63,660 nucleotides of DNA from Candidatus Saccharimonadales bacterium (GTDB taxonomy: Bacteria; Chloroflexota; Limnocylindria; P2-11E), in NCBI GenBank assembly GCA_035493615.1, contig DATJHW010000097.1:1-63660 (forward strand). Direction: 5' to 3'. A program made the translations under genes and the position numbers. This document shows positions 9,324 through 19,143 of the stretch, piece by piece (position 1 is the first letter of the stretch; each line of letters opens with the position of its first letter). The notes under the pieces were generated by a model. The model was not told the DNA's origin, did not search any database, and worked only from the letters and a program-made list of their open reading frames with translations.

Positions 9324-10124
9324 GTGAGTGACCAGGCTGCGGCCATCGTCCTCGGGCTGGTGCAAGGGCTCACCGAGTTCCTGCCGGTGAGCTCGACCGC
9401 GCATCTGATCCTCGTGTCCGACGCGCTCAAGCTCGACCCTCAGAAGTTCGGACTGAGCTTCGACGTCGCGCTCCACATGGGTACGGCGCTCGCGGTGCTG
9501 CTGTACTTCGCGACCACGTGGATCGGGCTGCTCAATGACGCGCTCCACGGCCGGTGGCGAGTGCCGCTGGTGATCATCGTCGGCACGATCCCCGCCGCCA
9601 TCGCGGGCGTGCTGTTCGAGGACGCGATCTCGACGACCCTCCGCAGCGTCCTGTGGATCGTCGCCGGCCTGCTCATCGGCTCTGCCGTGTTCGTCCTCGC
9701 CGAGCGGCTCGGCTCGCGCCGGCGCCGCTTCGACCGGGTCACGCTGATGGATGGGCTCGTGGTCGGCGCGGCCCAGGCGCTCGCGCTCCTGCCGGGCGTC
9801 TCGCGCTCGGGCATCACGATCTCGACCGGACTGTTCCGCGGTCTCGAGCGTCCCGACGCGACGCGCCTCGCGTTCCTCCTGGCGACGCCGATCATCCTGG
9901 GTGCCGGCCTGAAGACCCTGCTGGACGCGCGCAAGCTCTCCGGGCTCACAGCCGAGCTGGACATCGTGGCCATCGGCTTCGCCGTGTCGTTCATCTCCGG
10001 GCTCGCGGCAGTCGCGTTCATGGTCCGCTACCTGCGCACGCACTCGTTGAACATCTTCGTGGTCTACCGCGTGGCCCTCGCGGCCGTCATCATCGTCGCG
10101 GTCGCCCTCGGAGCGATCCGCTAG
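9324..10124 (+). CDS. uppP: undecaprenyl-diphosphate phosphatase
   Basis: Last 266 codons of ORF 8589..10124, from GTG 9324. GLTEFLPVSSTAHL and PGVSRSGITIS motifs. Multi-pass membrane protein. Confidence 0.9.
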   Translation: MSDQAAAIVLGLVQGLTEFLPVSSTAHLILVSDALKLDPQKFGLSFDVALHMGTALAVLLYFATTWIGLLNDALHGRWRVPLVIIVGTIPAAIAGVLFEDAISTTLRSVLWIVAGLLIGSAVFVLAERLGSRRRRFDRVTLMDGLVVGAAQALALLPGVSRSGITISTGLFRGLERPDATRLAFLLATPIILGAGLKTLLDARKLSGLTAELDIVAIGFAVSFISGLAAVAFMVRYLRTHSLNIFVVYRVALAAVIIVAVALGAIR

Positions 10125-10915
10125 TGGACCTCGGGCTCGCCGGAAAGCGCGTGCTCGTCGCGGCCGCGAGCAAGGGACTCGGGCGCGCGATCGCGGCGGA
10201 GTTCGTCCGCGAGGGTGCGCAGGTCTCGATCTGCTCTCGCGACCGGGCGCGGATCCAGCAGGTGGCGACCGACCTCGGCGGCGGCACGATCGGCATCGAC
10301 GCCGACGTGAGCACCGAGGACGGCTGCCGCCGGTTCGTCGACCGCAGCGTCGAGCGGCTCGGCGGCATCGACGTCCTCATCGTGAACGCCGGCGGCCCGA
10401 AGCCCGGGAAGTTCGCGGACCTCGACGACGGGGCGTGGCAGACGGCGTTCGAGCTCACGCTCCTGTCGGCCGTGCGGCTCACACGGCTGGCGCTTCCCGA
10501 GCTCAAAAAGACGAAGGGCTCGATCGTCTTCTCGACGTCGACCTCCGTCCGTCAGCCGGGCTCGCCGGCGTACGGCACGCTCATGCTGTCGAACGGGCTC
10601 CGGGCCGCGGTGCACGGGCTCCTGAAGACGCTCTCGACGGAGCTCGCGGCCGACGGGATCCGGGTGAACGCGATCCAGCCGGGCCGCATCTCCACCGAGC
10701 GAATCGCCCAGCTCGACGCGGACACGGCGACGCGCGACGGGGTCACGGTCGAGCAGGTCCGCGAGCGGTTCGAGAAGGGCGGGATCCCGCTCGGACGGTA
10801 CGGACGGCCGGAGGAATTCGCCGCGGCTGCCGTCTTCCTCGCGTCGCCGCGAGCGTCGTACATCACGGGCGTCAGCCTGCAGGTGGACGGCGGCATGCTC
10901 ACGAGCATGTGGTGA
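10124..10915 (+). CDS. SDR family oxidoreductase (3-oxoacyl-ACP reductase-like)
   Basis: 263 aa from GTG 10124. AAASKGLGRAIA (TGxxxGxG-like) and NAGG motifs. Active-site region Y..L..GL with C-terminal SYITGVSLQVDGG. Confidence 0.85.
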   Translation: MDLGLAGKRVLVAAASKGLGRAIAAEFVREGAQVSICSRDRARIQQVATDLGGGTIGIDADVSTEDGCRRFVDRSVERLGGIDVLIVNAGGPKPGKFADLDDGAWQTAFELTLLSAVRLTRLALPELKKTKGSIVFSTSTSVRQPGSPAYGTLMLSNGLRAAVHGLLKTLSTELAADGIRVNAIQPGRISTERIAQLDADTATRDGVTVEQVRERFEKGGIPLGRYGRPEEFAAAAVFLASPRASYITGVSLQVDGGMLTSMW

Positions 10916-12261
10916 TCGTCGAAGAGCGCCTGCGCCCGGAGACGTTCCGGCTGCCGGTCGAGAAGATCCGCGCCGGGTACAAGAGCGACATCTACTTCGC
11001 GCGCACGAAGCTGATCCTCGAGCAGGACCGGCGGCGCGACCACGTGACGATGCAGGTCTTCCAGAAGCATCCGCACGCGGTCATCGTCGGGACCGACCAC
11101 ACGCTCGCGATCCTCGTCGCGGGCACCGGCCACTACCGCGACCGCACGCGGAGCGACGCGCTGTTCGAGCGGTACCTCCAGGCCGAGCGCCGGGCGTACG
11201 CGCACTGGGCGGCGCTGCCCGCGTCGGGCGGATGGGACGCGTACGCACCGCTCGCGCGCGACGCGTTCGAGATCTCGCACGAGCTGGCCTCGCTCTGGGA
11301 GCCGGGCTGGCGCGACCTGGCGGTGCGGTCGCTCTTCGACGGCGAGATCGCCGATCGCGACGAGCCCGTCATGCACATCGAGGGCGAGTACGCCTCATTC
11401 GCGCACCTCGAGACGCTGTACCTCGGCGCCCTCGCGGAGGGGTCACGGGTGGCGACGAACACCCGCGACGTCGTCGCGGCGGCGAACGGGAAGCCGGTGA
11501 TCATGTTCGGCGCCCGCCATCAGGCCCACGAGGCCCAGGCCGGCGCCGGCTACGCCGCGTACGTCGGTGGCGCGGTCGGCGTGTCCACCGACGAGCAGGG
11601 CGAGTGGTGGGGCTCGACCGGCCTCGGCACGGTGCCGCACGCGCTCATCGCCGTGTACGGCGGCGATACGAGCGTCGCCACGCTCAAGTTCGACGAGTAC
11701 ATCAACCGCACGGGGGAGGCCGTCGGCCACCTCACCGCTCCCGGCACCGCGGAAGGTCACGTGAACGTCACGAGCCTCGTCGATTTCCAGAACGACGTCG
11801 TGAACACCTCGCTCGGGGTCGCGCACGCACTCGGGCAGCGGCTGTGGGGCGTGCGCGTCGACACGAGCGAATCGCTCATCGACAAGGCGATCCTGCGCGA
11901 GATCGAGGAGCGGGGCGGGCTGGCCGGTGCGGAGGTCCGCGGCGTGACCCCGCGGCTCGTCCAGATCCTTCGCGCGGCGCTCGACGCGGCCGGCTACGGC
12001 CACGTGCGCATCGTCGCGTCCGGCGGATTCGACGCGGAGAAGATCGCGCGGTTCGAACGGCTCGGGATCCCGGTGGACGTGTACGGCGTCGGGTCGGCGC
12101 TCGTCCATGGCAGCGGCTTCGACCACACCGCCGACATCGTGCGACTCGACGGCCGCGACCTCGCCAAGGTGGGACGCGGCTACCGGGAGAATCCTCGACT
12201 GCATCAGGTGGACTGGAGGGCGCTCGTCGGCGAGCGCGCATGGGCACAGGCGATCTCCTGA
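10912..12261 (+). CDS. nicotinate phosphoribosyltransferase family protein
   Basis: C-terminal ~449 codons of ORF 10435..12261. GTG 10912 gives a GTGA overlap; GTG 10909 is an alternative. SDIYFARTK...VMHIEGEYASFAHLETLYLG...GTVPHALI...RVDTS...VASGGF pattern of type II PRTases (NaPRT-like). Confidence 0.72.
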   Translation: MIVEERLRPETFRLPVEKIRAGYKSDIYFARTKLILEQDRRRDHVTMQVFQKHPHAVIVGTDHTLAILVAGTGHYRDRTRSDALFERYLQAERRAYAHWAALPASGGWDAYAPLARDAFEISHELASLWEPGWRDLAVRSLFDGEIADRDEPVMHIEGEYASFAHLETLYLGALAEGSRVATNTRDVVAAANGKPVIMFGARHQAHEAQAGAGYAAYVGGAVGVSTDEQGEWWGSTGLGTVPHALIAVYGGDTSVATLKFDEYINRTGEAVGHLTAPGTAEGHVNVTSLVDFQNDVVNTSLGVAHALGQRLWGVRVDTSESLIDKAILREIEERGGLAGAEVRGVTPRLVQILRAALDAAGYGHVRIVASGGFDAEKIARFERLGIPVDVYGVGSALVHGSGFDHTADIVRLDGRDLAKVGRGYRENPRLHQVDWRALVGERAWAQAIS

Positions 12262-12983
12262 TCCTCATCGTCGGCCTCGGCATCGCGGGATTCGCAAAGG
12301 GCACCACCGGAATGGGCCTGCCGCTCCTGGCCACGCCGATCCTGGCCGGCGTGTTCGGCCCGAAGGCGGCCGTGGTCATCGTGACGATCCCGATCTTCGC
12401 CGCGAACTCGATCCTGCTGGTCCAGGGCTGGCACCGGCTCGCACTGCTGCGGACGATCGCGCCGATCATCGTCGCGAGCGTCGTCGGCACAGCGATCGGC
12501 GTGAACCTCCTGGCCCTGCTCGATCAGCGGACCTTCGCGATCCTCATCTCGCTCATGGTCGCGGTGTTCCTGCTCCGCGGAGACCGTCTGATCGGCGACG
12601 ACCCCGGCGCGCGCCGCGCGCGGATCCTCGGGCCGGTCGTCGGACTCGTGAGCGGCGTCCTGCAGGGAACGACGTCGATCGCGAGCCCGCTCATCGGGTC
12701 GTTCTTCCACGCGCGGAAGATGGAGCGCCACGATTACGTGATCGTGCTCGCCGCGATCTTCGAGCTGAACGCCGTGATCCAGCTGGCCGGCTACGCGCTC
12801 CTCGGTCTGTACACGGCGAACATCGTCGCGATCGGGCTGCTCGGCCTCGTGCCGACGCTCCTTGCGCTCATGGCCGGGATCTTCTTCCGCGCGAGGCTCG
12901 ACCAGGCTCGCTTCCGCCAGCTCATCGTGGTGCTGCTCATTCTTTCGGTGGCGAACCTTCTCTGGCGGAGCTTCGGCCCCTAG
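12240..12983 (+). CDS. TauE/SafE family sulfite/anion exporter-like membrane protein
   Basis: 247 aa from ATG 12240. Two-fold repeat of hydrophobic segments with GxGGG-like motifs (FAKGTTGMG, VSGVLQGTTSIAS). Confidence 0.82.
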   Translation: MGTGDLLILIVGLGIAGFAKGTTGMGLPLLATPILAGVFGPKAAVVIVTIPIFAANSILLVQGWHRLALLRTIAPIIVASVVGTAIGVNLLALLDQRTFAILISLMVAVFLLRGDRLIGDDPGARRARILGPVVGLVSGVLQGTTSIASPLIGSFFHARKMERHDYVIVLAAIFELNAVIQLAGYALLGLYTANIVAIGLLGLVPTLLALMAGIFFRARLDQARFRQLIVVLLILSVANLLWRSFGP

Positions 12984-13028
12984 CATCTCGCTCAGCAGGC
13001 AGCCCTGAGCGGACGCGGCGAAGCCGCG

Positions 13029-13721
13029 GTGAGGAAGCGCCGAGTGGAGATCGTTCCGCAAGTCCACGGCGTTCGGGTCATCGGGGCGACGGCGCACCTC
13101 ATCGTCGAGAACGAGATCACCCTGATCGACGCCGGGCATCGCGGCTCGGGTCGCCTCGTGCAGCGCTACCTCGCCCGGATCGGCCGCCCGATGAGCGACC
13201 TCACGCGGATCCTCTGCACCCACGGGCATCCCGACCACATCGGCGGCGTCGCGGAGATCGCGGGCGCGTCGGGCGCGTCGATCCACATCCATCCCGCGGA
13301 CGCGGCGCGCTTGCGCATGGGGATCCGCGAGGTCATCGCGAATCCGGTTCCCGGCCAGGTCATCGCGTTCCTCACCCGTCCGCTCCGCGATCCGCAGCCG
13401 CTCCTGGACGGCGATGTCCTCCCGGTGCTCGGCGGCCTGCACGTCGTGCACACGCCGGGCCACACGCCGGGGAGCGTGTGCTTCTACGCGCCGATCCCGC
13501 GGCTGCTCTTCAGCGGCGACGTGCTGCAGGTCCGGCAAGGCCACCTCGCGCGGCCGCATCACATCTTCAGCGACGACCTGACGGAAGCGCAACGGTCGGT
13601 CGCCCGTCTCGCCGAGCTCGACAGCGAAACGATCTGCTTCGCGCATTTCCCGCCGCTGCGCGCCGGTGCGCGGGAGGCGCTCCGCGGCCTAGCCGCAGAC
13701 TGGGCATCGAGCCCGCGGTGA
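13029..13721 (+). CDS. MBL-fold metallo-hydrolase
   Basis: 230 aa. THGHPDHIGG (HxHxDH) and HTPGHTPG motifs. The stop overlaps the next start (GTGA). Confidence 0.85.
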   Translation: MRKRRVEIVPQVHGVRVIGATAHLIVENEITLIDAGHRGSGRLVQRYLARIGRPMSDLTRILCTHGHPDHIGGVAEIAGASGASIHIHPADAARLRMGIREVIANPVPGQVIAFLTRPLRDPQPLLDGDVLPVLGGLHVVHTPGHTPGSVCFYAPIPRLLFSGDVLQVRQGHLARPHHIFSDDLTEAQRSVARLAELDSETICFAHFPPLRAGAREALRGLAADWASSPR

Positions 13722-16228
13722 AGACGCTGAACGAGATCGTCGACGCGTCCGCCGCGCGCTTCGGCAGGAAGCCGGCGCTCATCATCCGGCCCGGCTTCCG
13801 TACGCGCACGTGGACCTACCGCGATCTCGCCGAGCTCGTGCCGCGTGTGGCGCGCACGCTCGCGGACGCAGGCGTCATGCGCGGCGATCGCATCGTCATC
13901 TGGGGCGTGAACCGTCCCGAGTACGGGATCGCGTTCCTGGCCGCGCTGCGCATCGGCGCGGTCCTGGTCCCGCTCGATGTGAACTCGCTGACCGAGTTCG
14001 CGCGGAAGATCGTGCAGCAGACCCGCGCCACCGCGGCGATCGTGTCGGCGCAGACGCGCGAGCGCGCGCTGGCGCTCGGGGTGCCGCTGCACGACATGGA
14101 GGCGTTGCCCGACCGTTCACGGGGCAACGCGCCGCTGCCGGCGGCCGATCTCGAGGGCGACGACCTCGCGGAGATCGTGTTCACCTCGGGTACCACGGGT
14201 GATCCCAAGGGCGCGATGCTCTCGCACCGGAACATCCTGTCGAACGCGGAGGCCGCACGGCAGATCTTCCCGATCGGGCCGAAGCAGCGGCTCCTCTCGT
14301 TCATCCCGCTGTCCCACATGTTCGAACAGCTGGCGGGCTTCTGGACGTTGCTGCTGACGGGCGCGTCGGTGATCTACCCGACGAGCCGTCAGCCTGCGGT
14401 GATCCGTCGCACGTTCAAGGAACGGAGGGTCTCGATGATCCTCATCACGCCCGCGGCCGTGCGCTCGATCCTGCTCGGCATCCAGCGGCAGGCCGAGCAA
14501 CAGGGGAAAGCCGAGCTGCTCGCGAAGCTCGGGAGGATCGCGCGCCATCTGCCGATGGGCCTGCGGCGACTCCTGTTCACGAGCGTTCACAGGCAGTTCG
14601 GCGGCCGATTCCGCTACATCGTCTCCGGCGGTGCCGCGCTCGATCCCGCGCTCGGCGAGGCTTGGCGCGACCTCGGGGTCGACGTGCTCCAGGGCTACGG
14701 GACCACGGAGTGCTCGCCGGCCGTCGCGTTCAACCGTCTCGACAAGAACCGCCTCGGCTCGGTCGGCGTCCCGGTCCCCGGCGTCGACGTGCGGATCGCG
14801 AGCGACGGCGAGGTGGTCGTGCGCGGACCGAACGTCTTCAAGGGATATTGGGAGAACGAGGAGGCCACGCGCGCGGTGCTCGACGCCGAGGGTTGGTACC
14901 ACACGGGCGACCTCGGGGAGATCGACGCGGACGGGTTCCTGTGGCTGCGCGGACGGAAGAAGGACATGATCGTCCTCGCCGACGGCCTCAAGGTCTATCC
15001 CGAGGACATCGAGGAAACGCTCGCTTCCGATCCGCGCGTACGGGCTGCATCGTCGCCGCTGCGGCCGGAGATCGCGACCGTCGTCGGCCTCGAGCCGCCG
15101 GGAGAACCGGTCCACGTTCATGCCGTCTTCCTCTTGAAGGACACCGATGCCGTGGCGTCGATCGTCCGTGACGCGAACACGAGGCTCTCGGGCAGCCAGC
15201 AGATCCGCGGCTGGACGGTGTGGCCCGATGAGGAGTTCCCGACGACGCCGACCCAGAAAGTGAAGAAGCGCATCGTCGTCGAGCGGCTCCTGGAGCTGGC
15301 TCGCGGGGAGCGCGCGGCCGAGGTCGTGGCAGCCGGCGGGCCGGAGCGCCAGCTCACGGAGGTCGAGCGGCTCGTCGCGCAGGTCGCGAATGTGCCGCCG
15401 GCGGTCGTCCGGCCGGAGACGCAGCTTTCCGCCGATCTCGGCATGGACTCTCTGGCTCGCGTCGATCTTCTCGGCGTCATCGAAGAGGAGCTCGGCGCGT
15501 ACATCGATGACGCAGCGGTCATGCCGAGCGCGACCGTCGGAGACCTCGAGCGCATGGTCCATGAGGCCCGCGACGCGAAGCGCGACACCGGCATCTTCGC
15601 CTGGCCGCTGAACCCGCTGGTGCGGACGTTCGGGCTGCTCCTCCAGGAGGCGATCGTGTGGCCGCTGGTCACGATCTTCTATCGCGTCCGGGTGCGTGGC
15701 CGCGAGCACCTGCACGAGATCGATCGGCCGGTGTTCTTCGCGCCGAACCACTGCCTGCACTGGGACAACGGGATCATCCTCACCGCGATCCCCGTCGGCT
15801 GGCGCTGGAAGCTCGCGATCGCCGCGGCGGCCGACGACGTGTTCGGCAACAAGCTGAATGGCTTCGCCTCCGCGGTCCTCGCCGACGCGTTCCCGATGGC
15901 CCGCGAGGGCGCGATCCGGCACAGCCTCGAGCTCCTCGGCGCGCGGCTCGACCGCAACTTCTCGGTCCTCATCTACCCCGAGGGCAAGCTCACGGTCGGC
16001 GGGCCGATGCAGCCGTTCAAGGCCGGCACCGGTCTCATCGCCGTCGAGGGCCGGACGCCGGTCGTGCCGATGAAGCTGAAGATCAAGACCATGTCCGTCA
16101 TCGACCGGGTGGGCTGGCCCCTGCGTGGCGACGTCGAGGTCGTCTTCGGGGCGCCGCTCGTGTTCGACGCGGGCACCGACACGACCGCCGCGACGCGGCG
16201 GATCGAGGCGGCGGTCGCCGAGCTCTAG
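13718..16228 (+). CDS. tri-domain fusion: acyl-AMP/CoA ligase + carrier (phosphopantetheine) domain + PlsC-type lysophospholipid acyltransferase
   Basis: 836 aa from GTG 13718, within composite ORF 12107..16228. Adenylation motifs FTSGTTGDPKGAMLSHRN, GYGTTE, WYHTGDLG, GRKKDMI. Carrier motif LSADLGMDSLARVDL. Acyltransferase motifs NHCLHWD (HX4D) and IYPEGK. Confidence 0.85.
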   Translation: MKTLNEIVDASAARFGRKPALIIRPGFRTRTWTYRDLAELVPRVARTLADAGVMRGDRIVIWGVNRPEYGIAFLAALRIGAVLVPLDVNSLTEFARKIVQQTRATAAIVSAQTRERALALGVPLHDMEALPDRSRGNAPLPAADLEGDDLAEIVFTSGTTGDPKGAMLSHRNILSNAEAARQIFPIGPKQRLLSFIPLSHMFEQLAGFWTLLLTGASVIYPTSRQPAVIRRTFKERRVSMILITPAAVRSILLGIQRQAEQQGKAELLAKLGRIARHLPMGLRRLLFTSVHRQFGGRFRYIVSGGAALDPALGEAWRDLGVDVLQGYGTTECSPAVAFNRLDKNRLGSVGVPVPGVDVRIASDGEVVVRGPNVFKGYWENEEATRAVLDAEGWYHTGDLGEIDADGFLWLRGRKKDMIVLADGLKVYPEDIEETLASDPRVRAASSPLRPEIATVVGLEPPGEPVHVHAVFLLKDTDAVASIVRDANTRLSGSQQIRGWTVWPDEEFPTTPTQKVKKRIVVERLLELARGERAAEVVAAGGPERQLTEVERLVAQVANVPPAVVRPETQLSADLGMDSLARVDLLGVIEEELGAYIDDAAVMPSATVGDLERMVHEARDAKRDTGIFAWPLNPLVRTFGLLLQEAIVWPLVTIFYRVRVRGREHLHEIDRPVFFAPNHCLHWDNGIILTAIPVGWRWKLAIAAAADDVFGNKLNGFASAVLADAFPMAREGAIRHSLELLGARLDRNFSVLIYPEGKLTVGGPMQPFKAGTGLIAVEGRTPVVPMKLKIKTMSVIDRVGWPLRGDVEVVFGAPLVFDAGTDTTAATRRIEAAVAEL

Positions 16229-16839
16229 GGGCGCGCGGACGCGCTCGACTTCGGAGGAGCGAGGAGCGCGCGTCCGAGCCACAGGCCCCAGAACGGCTGC
16301 AGCAGGAACGCCGTCTCGAGGAGCAGGATCCCGCTGTCGGTCAGGTCGTTCGTCGGGCCTTCCGCGGTCGGCGATGGAAGCCCGCCCGCGCCGAAGAGAA
16401 CGTTCGCGACGAACCAGAGCGCGCCGATCGCCGCGCCGAAGATGATCGGCGCTCGCGGCAGGCCCGTCTCCATGATCGCGACGCCGCCCGCCATGACCAG
16501 CCACACGCCGATGCCCCCGAGCACGGGGTAGTACGCGATGGTCTCCTGGTCGAATGTGAGCTGACCCGTGGCGGTCGCGAGCTCGAGGAACACGGACGCG
16601 CCGAACGCGAACAGGCCGAAGCCGAACGCCGCCGCGCTCACGATGTTCGCCTGCGTGCGCGATGTCCGATAGAAGAGGTACGCGACCGGGACGAAGCTCG
16701 CGGCCCAGATCACTCCGGCCGCGTTGTTCACGAGCCCGGCCGCGCCGTTGGCCTTCGGGTCACCGCCGGAGCTCAGCAGCTGCGCGAGCGCGCCGATGGA
16801 GTTGAGGTACGCCGCGTACGCGGCCCAGCGGATGTTCAC
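16225..16839 (-). CDS. hypothetical integral membrane protein
   Basis: 204 aa from GTG 16839 (GTGA overlap with the asparaginase stop), within ORF 16225..17652. About 5 hydrophobic helices. No recognised domain. Confidence 0.6.
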   Translation of the reverse strand: MNIRWAAYAAYLNSIGALAQLLSSGGDPKANGAAGLVNNAAGVIWAASFVPVAYLFYRTSRTQANIVSAAAFGFGLFAFGASVFLELATATGQLTFDQETIAYYPVLGGIGVWLVMAGGVAIMETGLPRAPIIFGAAIGALWFVANVLFGAGGLPSPTAEGPTNDLTDSGILLLETAFLLQPFWGLWLGRALLAPPKSSASARP

Positions 16840-17768
16840 CGCGAGCGGCGGCGCACGATCGCTCGCGCCCGGACCGCCGGGCGGGTCATCCCGACCGACT
16901 GGTACGCGTACTTCACCCCGCGCTTCGTGGTCGCGGCCGCGTGCTCGCCGTTCGCCGCAAGGACGACGATGTTCAGGCGGCTGCCGTGGCTCACCAGGGC
17001 GTTCGCGTCGGCGATCGCCTGTTCCGCGACGGCGGCCGCACTCTCGCCGCGCGCGAGCCGGTCGACGGCGGTCTTCGCCGTGACGTTGCGCATCGCGAGC
17101 TCGCCGAAGCCGGTGCAGGCCGCGCCGCCGAAGCGCGAGTCGGAGTAGTGGCCGGCGCCGATGATCGGCGAGTCGCCGACCCGGCCGGGATACTTGAACC
17201 CCCACCCGCTCGTCGTGACGGCGGACGCGATGTTGCCGCGCTTGTCCAGCGCGACGAAGTTCACGGTGCCGCGCTCCGTCACCATGTCGGCCACCACCGG
17301 CCCGAGCGCCGCCGCGCGCGCGATCGACGCCGGCGTGTGGCCGGCGTCGCGCAGGCGCTCGACCCACTTCCCGCGCGACTCCGGCGTGAGGAGCGCGCCC
17401 GCCTCGGCGCCGATCTCGGCAGCGAAGCGCACGGCGCCCGCGCCGACGAGCATCACGTGCGGGAGCCGCTCCATCACCGCGCGGGCGACGGTGATCGGGT
17501 GCAGGTATCCGGTGAGCGCGGCGACCGAGCCGGCTGCGTGGGTCGTGCCGTCGACGATCGACGCGTCGAGCTCGACGACACCGAGGACGTTCGGGAGTCC
17601 GCCGTAGCCGACCGTCTCGTCGGCCGGATCTGCCTCGACGATGCGCGCGCACGCTTCGACCGCGTCGAGCGCGGTGCCGCCCTTGGCGAGGATGCCGATG
17701 CCGGTCGCGAGCGCAGCGCGACCGTTCCCGCTCGAGACGATCGTCGGGATCACCCGCTTCGGCGCCAC
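16836..17768 (-). CDS. isoaspartyl peptidase / L-asparaginase (Ntn hydrolase, plant-type/glycosylasparaginase family)
   Basis: 310 aa. VGYGGLPN, autoprocessing site RGTVNFVALD (Thr nucleophile) and GDSPIIGAG motifs. Confidence 0.85.
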   Translation of the reverse strand: MAPKRVIPTIVSSGNGRAALATGIGILAKGGTALDAVEACARIVEADPADETVGYGGLPNVLGVVELDASIVDGTTHAAGSVAALTGYLHPITVARAVMERLPHVMLVGAGAVRFAAEIGAEAGALLTPESRGKWVERLRDAGHTPASIARAAALGPVVADMVTERGTVNFVALDKRGNIASAVTTSGWGFKYPGRVGDSPIIGAGHYSDSRFGGAACTGFGELAMRNVTAKTAVDRLARGESAAAVAEQAIADANALVSHGSRLNIVVLAANGEHAAATTKRGVKYAYQSVGMTRPAVRARAIVRRRSR

Positions 17769-17814
17769 GGCCGTACCCTACGGCTTCGGCGCGTTAGCCT
17801 CTCGCGAGAGGAAG

Positions 17815-19143
17815 ATGGCAACACCGGAGACCCGCTACGCGCGGTGCGGCGACGACTACATCGCGTACCAGACGTTGGGCGAGGGCGATCGCGACATCGT
17901 GTTCATGTCGGCCTGGTTCAGCCACGTCGACGGACGGTGGGAGGAGCCGCGGTTCGCCGCGATGCTCCGCCGGCTGGCGGCGATGGGCCGGCTCATCGTG
18001 TTCGACAAGCGCGGGTCGGGCGCGTCCGACCCGCTGCAGGTGGCCGATCCAACGTGGGAGGACTGGGCCGACGACATCCGCGCGGTCATGGACGCCGCCG
18101 GCTCGCAGCGCGCGGTCGTGGTCGGGGTCGGCGACAGCGGACCGCTCGCGTGCCTCTTCGCCGCGACGCAGCCGCAGCGCGTCCAGTCGCTCGTGCTCAT
18201 CAACACCGGGGCCAAGCTCACGCGCGCGCCCGACTACCCGCTCGGGCTCGAGCAGGACGAGGTCGACGTGTTCCTCAAGCGCACGAAGGAGACCTGGGGC
18301 ACGGGCGGCGTCGCGGACGTCTTCAGCCCGTCGGTCGCGAACGACGAGCGGTACAAACAGTGGTGGGCGCGCTACCAGCGCATGAGCGCGAGCCCCGGCC
18401 GGAGCACGGCGATGGCGCGGCTCGTCTTCGGCGTCGACGTCCGGCACGTGCTGTCGACGATCCACGTGCCGACGCTCGTGCTCCATCGCAAGGATTTCCA
18501 GTTCTTCCCCGTCGGGCTCGGGCGATACCTCGGCGATCACATCGCCGGCGCCAAGTTCATCGAGCTCCAGGGGGCCGACGGGTTCGTGTACCTCGGGGAC
18601 ACGGACGCGGTCCTGAGCGAGATCGAGGAGTTCACGACCGGGTCGCGCCGGGCGCAGGACGTCGATCGCGTGCTCGCGACCGTTCTGCTCACCGACATGG
18701 TCGGGTCGACCAACACGGCCGTCCGGCTCGGCGACCACAGATGGCGCGAGGTCCTGGACACCCACGACGAGATCGTCCGCTCGCAGCTCGCATCGTTCCG
18801 CGGGCGGCTCCATCGGGCCACCGGCGACGGCGTCCTCGCGACGTTCGACGGTCCGGCACGGGGGATCCGCTGCGCGCAGGCGATCCGCGACCGCCTGCGC
18901 GCCGCCGACATCGAGATCCGCTGCGGCCTGCACGCCGGCGAGATCGAGCTCCGTGGCGATGAGATCGGCGGCATCGCGGTCCACATCGCGGCACGCATCG
19001 AGGCCGAGGCGACGGCCGGCGAGATCCTCTGCTCCAGCACGGTGAAGGAGCTCGTCACCGGATCGGACCTTGCGTTCGCCGATCGCGGCCGCAGGCAGCT
19101 GAAGGGCGTGCCGCAGGACTGGCAGATCTACGCGGTCGAGTGA
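17815..19143 (+). CDS. alpha/beta-hydrolase domain fused to class III adenylate/guanylate cyclase domain (LipJ/Rv1900c-like architecture)
   Basis: ATG 17815 preceded by GAGAGGAAG. The N-terminal half has GVGDSGP in the nucleophile-elbow position. The C-terminal half has VLLTDMVGST, GDGVLATFDG, GLHAGE and GIAVHIAARI cyclase motifs. Confidence 0.85.
   Translation: MATPETRYARCGDDYIAYQTLGEGDRDIVFMSAWFSHVDGRWEEPRFAAMLRRLAAMGRLIVFDKRGSGASDPLQVADPTWEDWADDIRAVMDAAGSQRAVVVGVGDSGPLACLFAATQPQRVQSLVLINTGAKLTRAPDYPLGLEQDEVDVFLKRTKETWGTGGVADVFSPSVANDERYKQWWARYQRMSASPGRSTAMARLVFGVDVRHVLSTIHVPTLVLHRKDFQFFPVGLGRYLGDHIAGAKFIELQGADGFVYLGDTDAVLSEIEEFTTGSRRAQDVDRVLATVLLTDMVGSTNTAVRLGDHRWREVLDTHDEIVRSQLASFRGRLHRATGDGVLATFDGPARGIRCAQAIRDRLRAADIEIRCGLHAGEIELRGDEIGGIAVHIAARIEAEATAGEILCSSTVKELVTGSDLAFADRGRRQLKGVPQDWQIYAVE

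Noticed and set aside
12988-13010. 7-bp hairpin (cgctcag-N9-ctgagcg) after the TauE gene as an intrinsic terminator
   Set aside because: The stem is short, the loop is large and there is no T-tract. It could equally be fortuitous at this GC content.
14117-16504. 795-aa minus-strand ORF antisense to the tri-domain ligase/acyltransferase gene
   Set aside because: Its composition is Arg/Asp/Pro/Gly-rich with no recognisable motifs. It is a typical shadow ORF of a high-GC coding region, and the plus-strand frame carries clear adenylation, carrier and PlsC motifs.
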